Assembly (NCBI GenBank): GCA_964450845.1
Contig: CAYVGZ010000033.1
Location: 1-16,170, forward strand
DNA length: 16,170 nt
Direction of reading: 5' to 3'
Origin: an uncultured Candidatus Bathyarchaeia archaeon
GTDB lineage: Archaea; Thermoproteota; Bathyarchaeia; Bathyarchaeales; Bathycorpusculaceae
The translations under genes were made by a program, and so were the position numbers. Position 1 is the stretch's first letter. Every line of letters begins with the position of its first letter. Under the pieces are notes generated by a model. The model had not been told where the DNA came from, did not search any database, and worked only from the letters and a program-made list of their open reading frames with translations. Shown here piece after piece: positions 16,169-16,170 of this stretch.

Positions 16169-16170
16169 CC

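Overview
Archaeal chromosomal window with 17 protein-coding genes, two of them cut by the window edges. It is most likely Bathyarchaeia/TACK; this is inferred from frequent TTG/GTG starts, GGTGA-type Shine-Dalgarno motifs, archaeal PGK, CTP-dependent RibK and stand-alone AcdA. No rRNA, tRNA, CRISPR or mobile element was seen. Gene order: TldE/PmbA (5'-truncated); NapH/MauN-like membrane 4Fe-4S protein; an alpha-glucan-type cluster; pgk; bacterial-type (class I) gap; single-Cys CoA-disulfide-reductase/NADH-oxidase-like flavoprotein; gcvH; ino1; a hypothetical protein; ribK; acdA; and a 5'-truncated ORF. The cluster holds a GT4, a half-GT4, a small winged-helix protein and a GH57 with an extra C-terminal domain on the minus strand, then a NucS-like protein and a second GT4 on the plus strand. 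Most notable: (1) the cluster carries two apparent pseudoenzymes, a GT4 that has cleanly lost its donor-binding domain and catalytic motifs but is translationally coupled to an intact GT4, and a NucS-fold protein with a degenerate active site and a long Glu/Lys/Pro tail; (2) a lipoyl-carrier H protein is tightly paired with a single-cysteine flavin reductase, with no other glycine-cleavage gene in the window; (3) a class I GAPDH sits beside an archaeal-type PGK. All family assignments come from motifs recognised by eye; no database search was run.
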